A stretch of DNA of 64,000 nucleotides from Spirochaetales bacterium (GTDB taxonomy: Bacteria > Spirochaetota > Spirochaetia > JABEVK01): positions 1 through 64,000 of the forward strand of contig JBAXAI010000005.1 of the NCBI GenBank assembly GCA_037142615.1, given 5' to 3'. The notes beneath the pieces were generated by a model. It ran no database searches, had not been told where the DNA came from, and was given only the letters and a program-made list of their open reading frames with translations. The position numbers and the translations under genes were made by a program. Shown one piece after another: positions 8,660 to 17,933 of the stretch (its first letter is position 1; each line of letters opens with the position of its first letter).

Positions 8660-9234
8660 ACCTCGAGGACTTGCCGGGAGCCACCCACCTCAACGCCGAC
8701 GAGATCATCGGCCTGAAACCTTTGCACCTCACGACCCAGCACCAGCTCGACGAATGGGAACAGCTGAACATCCTCGAAGGAGAAACCTGGGCCAAGCGGT
8801 ACCACGGGGATTTGCTCGACCAGACCTTTTTGCGCCGGTTGCACGAAAAGATGTTCGGTGAAACGTGGTCGTGGGCCGGCCACTTCCGCCTGTCGGACAA
8901 GAACATCGGCGTGCCTTGGGCGCAGATTCCCATGAAGCTCAAGGACCTCGCCGACGACGTGCGCTACCAAATCGACAATCGCACGTTCCCGAACGACGAG
9001 ATCGCGGCGCGCTTTCACCACCGGTTGGTGTTCATCCATCCTTTTCCCAACGGGAATGGCCGCTGGGCCCGGTTTGCCACCGACCTGCTGATCCAGCGGT
9101 TGGGTCACTGCCGTTTTTCGTGGGGCCGCGACAGTTTGATCGAAGACACCGAAACCCGTTCGCGGTATCTGGCAGCCTTGCGAGCGGCCGATGGTCACCA
9201 CCTGGAACTGCTGCTCGAGTTCGTACGCAGTTGA
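8656..9234 (+). CDS. Mobile mystery protein B (Fic domain)
   Basis: ATGA overlap with gene A; PGAT.L..DE..GL, EQLNI, and the Fic motif HPFPNGNGRWAR. Confidence 0.9.
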   Translation: MNLEDLPGATHLNADEIIGLKPLHLTTQHQLDEWEQLNILEGETWAKRYHGDLLDQTFLRRLHEKMFGETWSWAGHFRLSDKNIGVPWAQIPMKLKDLADDVRYQIDNRTFPNDEIAARFHHRLVFIHPFPNGNGRWARFATDLLIQRLGHCRFSWGRDSLIEDTETRSRYLAALRAADGHHLELLLEFVRS

Positions 9235-10466
9235 AGCCTCCGGTGGCCGTGGTAGGGGCTGGTCCCGCTGGTTTGATGGCTGCCGAAGCGGCGGCCGAGG
9301 CGGGTGCACTGGTCACCGTCTACGACGCGATGCCTTCAGCCGGACGCAAGTTGCTTATCGCGGGCTCCAGCGGTCTCAACCTGACCCACGACGAGCCGCT
9401 GGAACAATTCCTGGACCACTATGGCGAGGCGAGAGCCGCGCTGGAACCCTTTTTGCGCGAGTTTGGGCCCCAAACGCTGCGAAAGTGGGCCGCCGACTTG
9501 GGCATTGCCACGTTTGTGGGCACGTCGGGCCGGGTATTCCCCGAAGGAAAGCTGGCGGCACCGCTGCTGCACGCGTGGTTGGCGAGGCTGGCGCGACAAG
9601 GGGTCGAGTTTCGCTGGAACCACCGCTGGAGCGGCTGGGATAGCGCGGGCTTGTTGGCCTTTGTGACAGCCGAAGGCCTGCTGGCCGTGCAAGCCGAGGC
9701 CTGCGTGTTGGCTCTCGGAGGTGCCAGCTGGCCACAAACCGGTTCCACCGGCGAGTGGACGTCGCTGTTGCGCCCTCGTGGGGTCGAAGTAGCGCCGTTT
9801 CGGCCCGCCAACTGCGGGTTCCTGGTGAACTGGAGCGCGGTGTTCCGCGACAAGTATGCCGGCCAACCGTTGAAGTCGGTGGCTTTGGTCCACGGTGGCA
9901 CCCGAAAGCCCGGCGAACTGCTGATCACCGAGGAGGGCCTGCAGGGTGGCCTGGTGTACGCCTTCGCCGCCGCGTTTCGTGACGAGCTCGAGGCTCGTGG
10001 AAGCGCCACCTTGGTGCTCGACTTGGCCCCCGACGTGGCTCAGGGCGAGCTCGAGCGGCGCTGGACGAGGCCACCGGCGGGTCGTTCGGTCGCGACTCAC
10101 CTCGAAAAGGCTCTGGGAGTCCGCGGGGTCAAAGCCGGTTTGCTGCGCGAGGCAAGCTGGCCAACGCTGCCCACTTCGGCGGGGGCACTCGCAGCGCTGG
10201 TCAAGAACTGCCCCGTGGTGTTGGTCGCCCCTCGCCCGCTCGACGAGGCGATCAGCAGCGCCGGCGGGGTGGCGTGGTCGCAGCTCGACGGCCTGGCATT
10301 GCGCGGCCTTCCGGGAATGCATTGCGCTGGCGAAATGCTCGACTGGGAGGCCCCGACCGGAGGGTACCTGCTCACCGCCTGCTGGGCAACCGGTCGGGCG
10401 GCCGGGCAACAAGCGGCGCAAAAGGCCTTGCTGTCCGCAGGGCCCGCACGCTACCCTGCCGTATGA
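9231..10466 (+). CDS. HI0933/BaiN-family flavoprotein (NAD(P)/FAD-dependent oxidoreductase)
   Basis: TTG start overlapping the Fic stop; GAGPAGLMAAE, GRKLLIAGSSGLNLT, GTSGRVFP, AISSAGGV, GEMLDWEAPTGGYLLTAC. Confidence 0.9.
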   Translation: MKPPVAVVGAGPAGLMAAEAAAEAGALVTVYDAMPSAGRKLLIAGSSGLNLTHDEPLEQFLDHYGEARAALEPFLREFGPQTLRKWAADLGIATFVGTSGRVFPEGKLAAPLLHAWLARLARQGVEFRWNHRWSGWDSAGLLAFVTAEGLLAVQAEACVLALGGASWPQTGSTGEWTSLLRPRGVEVAPFRPANCGFLVNWSAVFRDKYAGQPLKSVALVHGGTRKPGELLITEEGLQGGLVYAFAAAFRDELEARGSATLVLDLAPDVAQGELERRWTRPPAGRSVATHLEKALGVRGVKAGLLREASWPTLPTSAGALAALVKNCPVVLVAPRPLDEAISSAGGVAWSQLDGLALRGLPGMHCAGEMLDWEAPTGGYLLTACWATGRAAGQQAAQKALLSAGPARYPAV

Positions 10467-11863
10467 CCGAACCCTCGCGCCGCGCTACCCCTCTCATGGT
10501 GCTGATCATCACCACCGCTGGGGCCTTTGTTTCGTCGTTCAGCGCCTCCTCGGTGAATGTGGCCCTTCCTCTCATTGGCTTGGAGTACCACCTGGCCGCC
10601 GTCACCCTCAACTGGGTTGTCACGGCTTTCGTGCTCACCTCGGCGGTCCTCATCATGCCCATGGGCCGCCTGGGCGATCTTCACGGCCGCCAGCGCGTGT
10701 TTTCGTGGGGCTTGGGAGTGATGACGCTCGGTAGCCTGTCGGCAGCGTTGGCTCCTACTCCGGAACTGCTCTTGGCCGCCCGGGCCCTCAGCGGCGTCGG
10801 CATGGCCATGGCCACGGGCACCATCACCGCTGTTTTGGTGGCCGCTTACCCTCCCGAACAACGCGGGCGAATTCTGGGCATCAACGTCGCGATGGTCTAC
10901 CTGGGGATTTCGGTGGGCCCCGCCCTCGGTGGGGTTCTTACACAACTGTGGGGCTGGCGCGCCCTGTTTGGTCTGCACGCGGCGCTGAGCCTCACGGTCT
11001 TGGGCCTCGTGGTCGGCTGGCTGCATGGCAACGACAAGCAACACCAGCCTGGCAAGTTCGACCTCGTGGGTTCACTGGTGTACGCGGGTGGTTTGGCCCT
11101 CCTGCTGGTAGGGGTTTCGGACCTGCCTCAGCTGCTGGGAATCGGCCTGCTCGTCGCGGGGTTTGCCCTGCTGGCGGTGTTCTGGTGGTACGAGTCGAAA
11201 ACCGCCCATCCTGTCCTCCCCGTCACGCTGCTGACCAAGAACCGCATTTTCGCGTTTTCCAACCTGGCCGCCGTGTTCAGCTACAGCGCGACGTTTTCGG
11301 TCGCTTTTTTCCTCAGCCTGTACCTCGAGGTGGTGCGGGGCTTTTCGCCGGCCCAGACGGGCCTGGTGCTCGTCACCCAATCGCTGGTCCAGGCCGCCTT
11401 TTCGCCGCTGACCGGCAGGCTTTCCGACAAATTGTCGCCACGCTGGCTGGCTTCGGGTGGAATGGCCCTGACGGCTCTGGGGTTGGTGGGTTTGGCTTTC
11501 CTTGATGCTGTGACCCCGCTGCCGTTTCTGGTGGGGGCGCTGGTGTTGATCGGGCTGGGGTTTGCGCTGTTCTCGTCGCCCAATACCAACGCCGTGATGG
11601 GGTCGGTCGAACGTCGCGACCTGGGTCTGGCCTCCGCAACCGTGGCAACCATGCGGGTGGTGGGGCAAATGGCCTCGATGGGCTTGGCCCTCGTCTTGCT
11701 GTCGCTGATTCTGGGCAAAGCCGCCATCAGCGCCGAAACCTCAGGGGCCTTCGTTGTGGCTCAGCGCTGGGGGTTCGGCCTTTCTGCCCTGCTATGCACG
11801 CTGGGCATCGCCGCGTCGCTGGCGCGAGGGTCGCGCAAGGCCGAAGAACCGGGCCAAGCCTAG
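10463..11863 (+). CDS. MFS transporter (DHA2-like, 14 TM)
   Basis: ATGA overlap; GRLGDLHGRQR motif A; FDLVG; many TM helices. Confidence 0.9.
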   Translation: MTEPSRRATPLMVLIITTAGAFVSSFSASSVNVALPLIGLEYHLAAVTLNWVVTAFVLTSAVLIMPMGRLGDLHGRQRVFSWGLGVMTLGSLSAALAPTPELLLAARALSGVGMAMATGTITAVLVAAYPPEQRGRILGINVAMVYLGISVGPALGGVLTQLWGWRALFGLHAALSLTVLGLVVGWLHGNDKQHQPGKFDLVGSLVYAGGLALLLVGVSDLPQLLGIGLLVAGFALLAVFWWYESKTAHPVLPVTLLTKNRIFAFSNLAAVFSYSATFSVAFFLSLYLEVVRGFSPAQTGLVLVTQSLVQAAFSPLTGRLSDKLSPRWLASGGMALTALGLVGLAFLDAVTPLPFLVGALVLIGLGFALFSSPNTNAVMGSVERRDLGLASATVATMRVVGQMASMGLALVLLSLILGKAAISAETSGAFVVAQRWGFGLSALLCTLGIAASLARGSRKAEEPGQA

Positions 11864-13179
11864 GTTCCCTCGACGAGCAACTGGTTGCGGCCCCTTCCTT
11901 TGACGCGGTAAAGAGTTTGGTCGGCGCGCTCGATGAGCGCTTCGAGCTTGTCGTCGCGATGCAGAAACGACACGCCCACGCTGAGGGTGAACAGTTTGGT
12001 TTCGCGGGCAAGATCGTTCCGAATCCGTTCCAGGACGATTTGGGCGTTCTCGACCGTCGTGTCGGGAAGCAACAGCACAAACTCGTCGCCCCCAAACCGC
12101 GCAAAGTGGTCCAGCTCGCGGATGTTCCGTTGGCACACCCGGGCGAGCAGGATGAGGGCTTGGTCCCCCGCTTGGTGTCCCAAGGTGTCGTTGATGTGCT
12201 TGAAGTGGTCCAGATCGATGAGCGCGAGGATCAACGGTGACGAGCGGCGCGACACCCGTTTGACCTCCGTCTCGGCCAGCTCCAAAAAATGCCGGCGGTT
12301 GGTGATGCCCGTCAGGCCGTCGGTGGTGGCCAGTTGCTCCATCCGGCTTTCCAGGCGTTTGCGCTCGGTGATGTCGGTAGAGATCACACAGAGGCTCCGC
12401 ACCCCTCCCATTCCCTGCATGGGGAACTTGATCGAGATGAACCAACGGGTGCCGGTCGCATCGGTCAGGGACTCTTCCTGCTCGACCGTGCTGTCCTTGG
12501 CGAGCGCGGCCAAGTCAGACGCGTGAAAGCGCGAGCCGAGTTCGCCAGGAAACAGCTCGACGTCGGTTTTTCCCATCGCCTCGTCCCGAACCAAGCCTGT
12601 CGTCTCTTCCCACTTGCGATTGACCAATTCGTAGCGCCCGCCCGCGTCTTTGACGTAAATCAGGGCCCCGTTGTTCTCGATGAGACCCGACAGGAACTGC
12701 CGGTTGGCCCGCAGCGAGTCTTCGGCCTTCTTGCGGTCCGAAATGTCGTGGGTGACGCTGACCAGGTACGGGATCCCCTTCAGCTGCAACAGGCAGGCCG
12801 AGACCAGCCCGGTGAACAGCTCACCCCCTTGGCGGCGCAGAGAAAACTCAAGGTTGTCGACACGGCCCTCGCGCCGGAGGGCCTCGACCAGAACCTGGCG
12901 GTCGGCAGAGTTCTCCCAAAGCCCCAACTCGACCGTGGTGCGACCGACGGCTTGCTCGCGGGTGTAGCCGTAGAGCCTCGCGGCGCCCTGATTGATTTCT
13001 TCGAGATGACCATCGTCGAGCCTCGATATCAAAACAGCGTCGGGACTAGTGTGAAAGGTGGCTTCGTGAAACGCCTTAGCGTCGCGGACACCGCGCCAAG
13101 AGCGCAGACGGAACGCAGCAACGGTTATCGCCGCCAGTCCCAAAAAGAGCAAGATCCCCGACAAGACCCAACCGTCCAT
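11860..13179 (-). CDS. Membrane-anchored PAS-PAS-GGDEF diguanylate cyclase
   Basis: N-terminal TM helix; two PAS/PAC domains (HDISDRK, TDITERK); DGLTGITNRR, DLDHFKHINDTLGH, RFGGDEF; GGAGG RBS before ATG 13179. Confidence 0.9.
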   Translation of the reverse strand: MDGWVLSGILLFLGLAAITVAAFRLRSWRGVRDAKAFHEATFHTSPDAVLISRLDDGHLEEINQGAARLYGYTREQAVGRTTVELGLWENSADRQVLVEALRREGRVDNLEFSLRRQGGELFTGLVSACLLQLKGIPYLVSVTHDISDRKKAEDSLRANRQFLSGLIENNGALIYVKDAGGRYELVNRKWEETTGLVRDEAMGKTDVELFPGELGSRFHASDLAALAKDSTVEQEESLTDATGTRWFISIKFPMQGMGGVRSLCVISTDITERKRLESRMEQLATTDGLTGITNRRHFLELAETEVKRVSRRSSPLILALIDLDHFKHINDTLGHQAGDQALILLARVCQRNIRELDHFARFGGDEFVLLLPDTTVENAQIVLERIRNDLARETKLFTLSVGVSFLHRDDKLEALIERADQTLYRVKGRGRNQLLVEGT

Positions 13180-13230
13180 GGCAAACGCCTCCAGCTTCAA
13201 GGTGACCCGGCAGGGGTTCGGGTTTTCGGC

Positions 13231-13626
13231 CTAGGCCGGTACGCAGATCGTTTCGATGGTATCCATCAGGTCTTTCGAGTTCCACGGCTTGGCGATAATG
13301 GCCTCTGCCAGGCCGTTTTTCAGCACATTGTCGGAGGAAAGCGGATCAACCTGACCGGTCAGCATGATAGCGCGGATTTCAGGGTATTGGCGCCGCACGA
13401 CGGTAAGGAACTCGTCACCCTTCATGCCTGGCATCAGCCAGTCGCTCACCACCAAGACGATCTTGACCGAACCGTTGACCAGTTCGGCGATAAGCTCGAG
13501 CGCCTCATGGGCGTTTTCCGCAGTTTCGTACTGAAACCGTGAGGCAAAACGGCTTCTCAGTTCGGTCTTCAGCGAAAAAAGGACGCTGGGATCGTCGTCG
13601 ACACACATGATGACAGGCTTTTCCAA
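13231..13626 (-). CDS. Single-domain response regulator
   Basis: CVDDD, VVSDWLMPGMKG, MLTG, AKPW. Confidence 0.9.
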   Translation of the reverse strand: MEKPVIMCVDDDPSVLFSLKTELRSRFASRFQYETAENAHEALELIAELVNGSVKIVLVVSDWLMPGMKGDEFLTVVRRQYPEIRAIMLTGQVDPLSSDNVLKNGLAEAIIAKPWNSKDLMDTIETICVPA

Positions 13627-13655
13627 AGTCCCCCCCGATGCTTGTCCAATTTCTC

Positions 13656-15506
13656 TTAGTCAGGTGAGTTTGTCAACCCGACCGGTCCCCACAATTCGGC
13701 GGCCCAGGCCGGCAGACGCGAGGTGGCCGAGGGGCTGGCCAGCACAAGCTTCAGACCGCCAGGGAGTCGAGGCCGGGGTTGCGGTTTGCCTGTCAGGTTC
13801 AGCACCACGACCCAGGCCTCACCCTCGGCTTCGCGCTGGTAGACGAACACGTTGCTCCCGGGTCGGGTGAGCGGCACAAAGGGTCCGTAAACCAGGGCGA
13901 GGTGCTCTCGGCGCAGCGCAATCACGCGGCGGAAGAACTCCCTCACCGAGTTGGTTTCCTCGTTCCACGGCAGGGGAACTCGGCCGTGATCCCGCGAGCC
14001 GCTGTTCAAAGCCTGCAACGCTTTCTCGTGGCCCACCTGGGGCAGGAGTTCGGCGTACTTGTTTCGGCTCTCGATGTCTTTCACCTGATCGAGCGAGGTG
14101 AACACCGTGTTGGCCATTCCCAGCTCCTGCCCCTGAAAAAGGAAGGGCGTGCCCCGCAACGTGAGCTGAAAGAGGCCGAGCAAACGGGCGATGTCTTCGC
14201 GGTGTGTCAGTTCGGGCTCCACCTTGCTCACCATGCGCGGGTTGTCGTGGTTCTCGAGGAACAGGGAGTTCCAGGCGTTGTTGCCCAGACCCAACTGCCA
14301 GCGGCTCCACTGGCGGGCGAGAAACCGCAGATTGTAGCGATAGGTGTCGAAGCGCACTTTGCCGGGGTTTTCCAAGTGGTCAAAGTTGAACACCAGATCG
14401 AGCTCACGCCGCTCGCTCGCGGTCAGGAGCCGGCTCATCTGCAACCCGGGGCCGGGGGTTTCACCGACGGCCATCACGTCGTGGCCGTCCCAGGCTTCCC
14501 GGCGGAGTTCCTTCAGGTGTTCGTGCAGGCGCGGTCCGTAGAAGTAGTGCTCGATGCCCGTGTAGCCCATCATCGCGCCGATGGTGGGTGAGCCGTCAGG
14601 AAGTCCGGGCTGCTTGGAAATCTGGTTGATGACGTCGAGGCGGAAGCCATCGATGCCCCGGGCCAACCACCAACGCACCATTTGATACACGTCGGCCCGC
14701 ATGGCCGAGCTTTCCCAGTTGAGGTCCATTTGCTTGCTCGAAAACAGGTGCAGGCCCCAGAGTCCTTGGCCGCCGGCGGTTTTGGCCTCGGGAAAGTGCC
14801 GCCAGGCCGAACCGCCAAAGAACGACGTCCAGTTGTTGGGCGGACCGTCGGCGGCGGCCCCCTCGCGCAAGTGGTAGTATTCGCGGTAGGGCGACTGCGG
14901 TTCGGCGAGCGCCTGTTGAAACCAGCGGTGCTCGTCGCTGGTGTGGTTGATCACCAGGTCAAGGATGAGTTTCATGCCCCGTTCGTGGAGCGCATGGGTC
15001 AGGCTATCCAGGTCTTCCAGCGTGCCAAACTCTTTGAGCACCGACTGATAGTCGCGAATATCGTAACCATTGTCATCACCCGGCGAATCGTACACCGGCG
15101 AAAGCCAGACGACGTCGACGCCTAGTTCCTGCAACCAGTCGAGTTTGGAAAGAATGCCCGGAAGGTCACCAATGCCGTCCCCGTTGCTGTCGCAGAACGT
15201 GCGGGGGTAGATTTGGTACACCACGGCCTGCTTCCACCACAAGCGCTCGGGTTCGCCGCTGGAATCTCCGGGTCGGTCGGGATGCTGATTCAGAAAGCGC
15301 GCCAAGTCGTCGACAAACCGGCGGTCGACCAAGCCCCGACTGAGCCCAGGCAGGGCCTTAAGGCGAAGGCTCGCCACCACGGGATTGAGGACCACCCACT
15401 CGGGGGCTCCCAACTGCAGCAGAACTTTGGTAACGACGTCGTTGCCCACCGGGTGGGCAAGCACGTCCCGGAGCCGCGAATCGGGGGTAAAGGCCGTGGT
15501 CTTCAT
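13656..15506 (-). CDS. GH13 alpha-glucosidase/oligo-1,6-glucosidase with N-terminal extension
   Basis: WWKQAVVYQIYPRTFCDSNGDGIGDL, DNGYD, DLVINHTSDEH, GFRLDV, VGE, ENHD. Confidence 0.9.
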   Translation of the reverse strand: MKTTAFTPDSRLRDVLAHPVGNDVVTKVLLQLGAPEWVVLNPVVASLRLKALPGLSRGLVDRRFVDDLARFLNQHPDRPGDSSGEPERLWWKQAVVYQIYPRTFCDSNGDGIGDLPGILSKLDWLQELGVDVVWLSPVYDSPGDDNGYDIRDYQSVLKEFGTLEDLDSLTHALHERGMKLILDLVINHTSDEHRWFQQALAEPQSPYREYYHLREGAAADGPPNNWTSFFGGSAWRHFPEAKTAGGQGLWGLHLFSSKQMDLNWESSAMRADVYQMVRWWLARGIDGFRLDVINQISKQPGLPDGSPTIGAMMGYTGIEHYFYGPRLHEHLKELRREAWDGHDVMAVGETPGPGLQMSRLLTASERRELDLVFNFDHLENPGKVRFDTYRYNLRFLARQWSRWQLGLGNNAWNSLFLENHDNPRMVSKVEPELTHREDIARLLGLFQLTLRGTPFLFQGQELGMANTVFTSLDQVKDIESRNKYAELLPQVGHEKALQALNSGSRDHGRVPLPWNEETNSVREFFRRVIALRREHLALVYGPFVPLTRPGSNVFVYQREAEGEAWVVVLNLTGKPQPRPRLPGGLKLVLASPSATSRLPAWAAELWGPVGLTNSPD

Positions 15507-15601
15507 GGGGTCAGCCTAACGCCGGCCCGCACTCGAATCAATTGACAGAGGCCCCGTCGCGGGCTATTTTTCATAGCGATTGCAGACTTGCCGACCCGAT
15601 C

Positions 15602-17059
15602 ATGCCTAGCCCCCTACCGACACCAACTTCCCCCAACTCGGGCGACACCGAGTTCCTCGACGCAACCTTGCAGGCGGTGCTGGAACTCTCCGATCAGGGC
15701 TTTCTGACCTTTGGTTCCGACTTTGCGGTCGACCGCCGGACCTCAGCCAATTGCAAGCAGCTTCTCGGCCTCGATCCCGTGGGCAAGCCGGTCGATCTGG
15801 TGCTCTGGGCCCACGAAAGTCAGCGAGAGGACTTTCTCCACGGGCTGACGTTGGTGTTCACGGGAAAAACCGACCCCGACGTGATCTTCGATCTTCTCGA
15901 ATCGGAAACTACGGTGGAAGCGCGAACCCTTCAGCTGAGGTACCGGCTGCTGACCCCCCAGAAGGTTCTCGTTTCGCTGACCGACGTCAGCGCGCAAAAA
16001 AAGATCGCTGAGCTGGGCAAGGCCGACGACGACCGCCGCAACCTCCTGCTCAAGACCGTGAGCCACCGCATCGCGTTCGGGGCGTTTACGCGCGAGTTTT
16101 CGCAGTTGTTCACCCTGCTTGCCGATCTGGGGTCAACTCTGGGCTCCGTTGAGAAAACGAAGGAACTGGCGTTGAACCTTCACACGATGAAAGGAAACGC
16201 GGGGTTCTTTGAGTTCCACAAGACCGCTACCGCCGCGCATCAGTTTGAACAGCATCTGGCCGACAACGCCGCCCTCGGGGCCCATCCCCAGCTCAAACCG
16301 TACACTCTGGCCCTGAAAAAAGCGTACTACGAGGAACTGGGGTCGATCACGTCGTTTCTGGGCGAGCGCTGGCTCAAGGAAATTGACTCGGTCGCCGTTC
16401 CCCTCGACTCCTACCTCAAGCTCGAAGCTTGGTTTCGCCAAAAACATCCCGAAGAAAAGGCGATGATCGGCCTGCTGCAGCGCTTCCGTACCGTTCCGTT
16501 CCGCGACCTGTTCCTCCGCTTCCCCGACATGAGCCTCAGTCTCGCCCGCCAACTGGGCAAGGAACTCCACCCGGTGACGGTCGAGGGTGGCGATTTTCCT
16601 GTGCTGCCCGACCAGTTTGAGGCCTTGGTCTCGAGTCTGGTTCATCTGGTGCGCAATCAGGTGGACCACGGCATCGAGGCGCCCGAGGAACGCGAGGCGG
16701 CCGGCAAGGACCGTCGGGGTTTGCTTCAGATCCGAATATCCCGAGAAGCCGACGCGCTTTTTATGGTATTCTCTGACGACGGCCAAGGAATCGATCTGTC
16801 GAAGGTGGAAGCCAAGGCCAGGTCGTTGGGAGTTCTTCCGGATTTCAAGTCGGTGAGCCCCGAAGCCCTGCTGGACTTACTTTTTCTGGCAGGTTTTTCG
16901 ACGGCCGAAACCGTTACCGAGATTTCGGGCCGCGGTGTCGGGCTTTCCGCCGTCAAAGACGCGATCACCCGCCTGGGGGGCACCATTACGGCCCACACGC
17001 GCAGCGGCCGCGGAACGTCGTTTGATATTATGTTGCCTGTCCAAGGAGACCATTCATGA
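15602..17059 (+). CDS. CheA-like histidine kinase (PAS-like, Hpt, HATPase; no CheW domain)
   Basis: LHTMKGNAGFF (Hpt), HLVRNQVDHGIE, DDGQG, GFSTAETVTEISGRGVGL; the ORF ends right after the ATPase domain. Confidence 0.85.
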   Translation: MPSPLPTPTSPNSGDTEFLDATLQAVLELSDQGFLTFGSDFAVDRRTSANCKQLLGLDPVGKPVDLVLWAHESQREDFLHGLTLVFTGKTDPDVIFDLLESETTVEARTLQLRYRLLTPQKVLVSLTDVSAQKKIAELGKADDDRRNLLLKTVSHRIAFGAFTREFSQLFTLLADLGSTLGSVEKTKELALNLHTMKGNAGFFEFHKTATAAHQFEQHLADNAALGAHPQLKPYTLALKKAYYEELGSITSFLGERWLKEIDSVAVPLDSYLKLEAWFRQKHPEEKAMIGLLQRFRTVPFRDLFLRFPDMSLSLARQLGKELHPVTVEGGDFPVLPDQFEALVSSLVHLVRNQVDHGIEAPEEREAAGKDRRGLLQIRISREADALFMVFSDDGQGIDLSKVEAKARSLGVLPDFKSVSPEALLDLLFLAGFSTAETVTEISGRGVGLSAVKDAITRLGGTITAHTRSGRGTSFDIMLPVQGDHS

Positions 17060-17529
17060 GAGCCGAGTTCGCCAACCCCTTCATCAAAGCCGTCGTCGAA
17101 GTCTTCGAAAAAGAGGCCGACATCAAGCTGACCCGGAAGGACCTGAAGATCCGCAACTCGCCTCAGCCCAGCCGCCCGATTTCCATCATCATCGGAGCCA
17201 CCGGGCACGTGCGCGGTCAGGTGGTCTACAGCATGGACGACGCCTTCGCCTATGAGCTGACGAAGAAGATGTTGCCCAACAAGCTCTCGCCCGACCTGCG
17301 CAAGATGCTGAACTCGGCCGTCAGCGAGTTAGCCAACATGGTCACGGGGCGCGCGAGCATCGAATTGGCCGGCGAAGACCACATGATCAACATCACACCC
17401 CCGGCGGTGTGTTCGGGCATGGACGTGATGATCGACTTTCTGAACATCCCGACTTTGGCGCTGACCTTCCTGTCGTCTATCGGAGAGCTCGAAGTCAACA
17501 TCGCCCTTCAGACGGACGACGACCTATGA
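17056..17529 (+). CDS. cheX: Chemotaxis phosphatase CheX
   Basis: ANPFIKA, IIGATGHVRGQVVYSM, SAVSELANMVTG (ExxN), ITPP. Confidence 0.9.
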   Translation: MRAEFANPFIKAVVEVFEKEADIKLTRKDLKIRNSPQPSRPISIIIGATGHVRGQVVYSMDDAFAYELTKKMLPNKLSPDLRKMLNSAVSELANMVTGRASIELAGEDHMINITPPAVCSGMDVMIDFLNIPTLALTFLSSIGELEVNIALQTDDDL

Positions 17530-17897
17530 AGACCGGGATGATCGTGGATGACGCCGCCTTCATGCGAATGCGGCTCAAAGACATCCTCATGTTCGACTTC
17601 AAGATCGTAGCCGAAGCGGAGGACGGCGAACAGGCCATCAGCCTTTACCGCGAGCACCGCCCCGACTTTGTCACGCTCGATATTACCATGCCGCGGGTCG
17701 ACGGGCTTCAGGCGCTGTCGCAGATCCTGACGCAGTTTCCCGAAGCGAAGGTGATCATCGTGAGTGCCGTGGGGCAAAAGCAGATTGTGTTTCAGGCGCT
17801 GGCTTTTGGGGCCAAAGACTTCATTGTCAAACCTTTCGACCCCGATCTGGTCAAAAAGCGCATCAAGCGCCTCTTTATGACCGCCCCGCCCAAGTAG
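17526..17897 (+). CDS. cheY: CheY-like response regulator
   Basis: ATGA overlap; IVDDAAFMR, TLDITMP, VSAVGQ, FIVKPF. Confidence 0.85.
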   Translation: MKTGMIVDDAAFMRMRLKDILMFDFKIVAEAEDGEQAISLYREHRPDFVTLDITMPRVDGLQALSQILTQFPEAKVIIVSAVGQKQIVFQALAFGAKDFIVKPFDPDLVKKRIKRLFMTAPPK

Positions 17898-17933
17898 GGG
17901 CTCTCGGCCCGCGACGACTGTCGCGAGGGCCGG

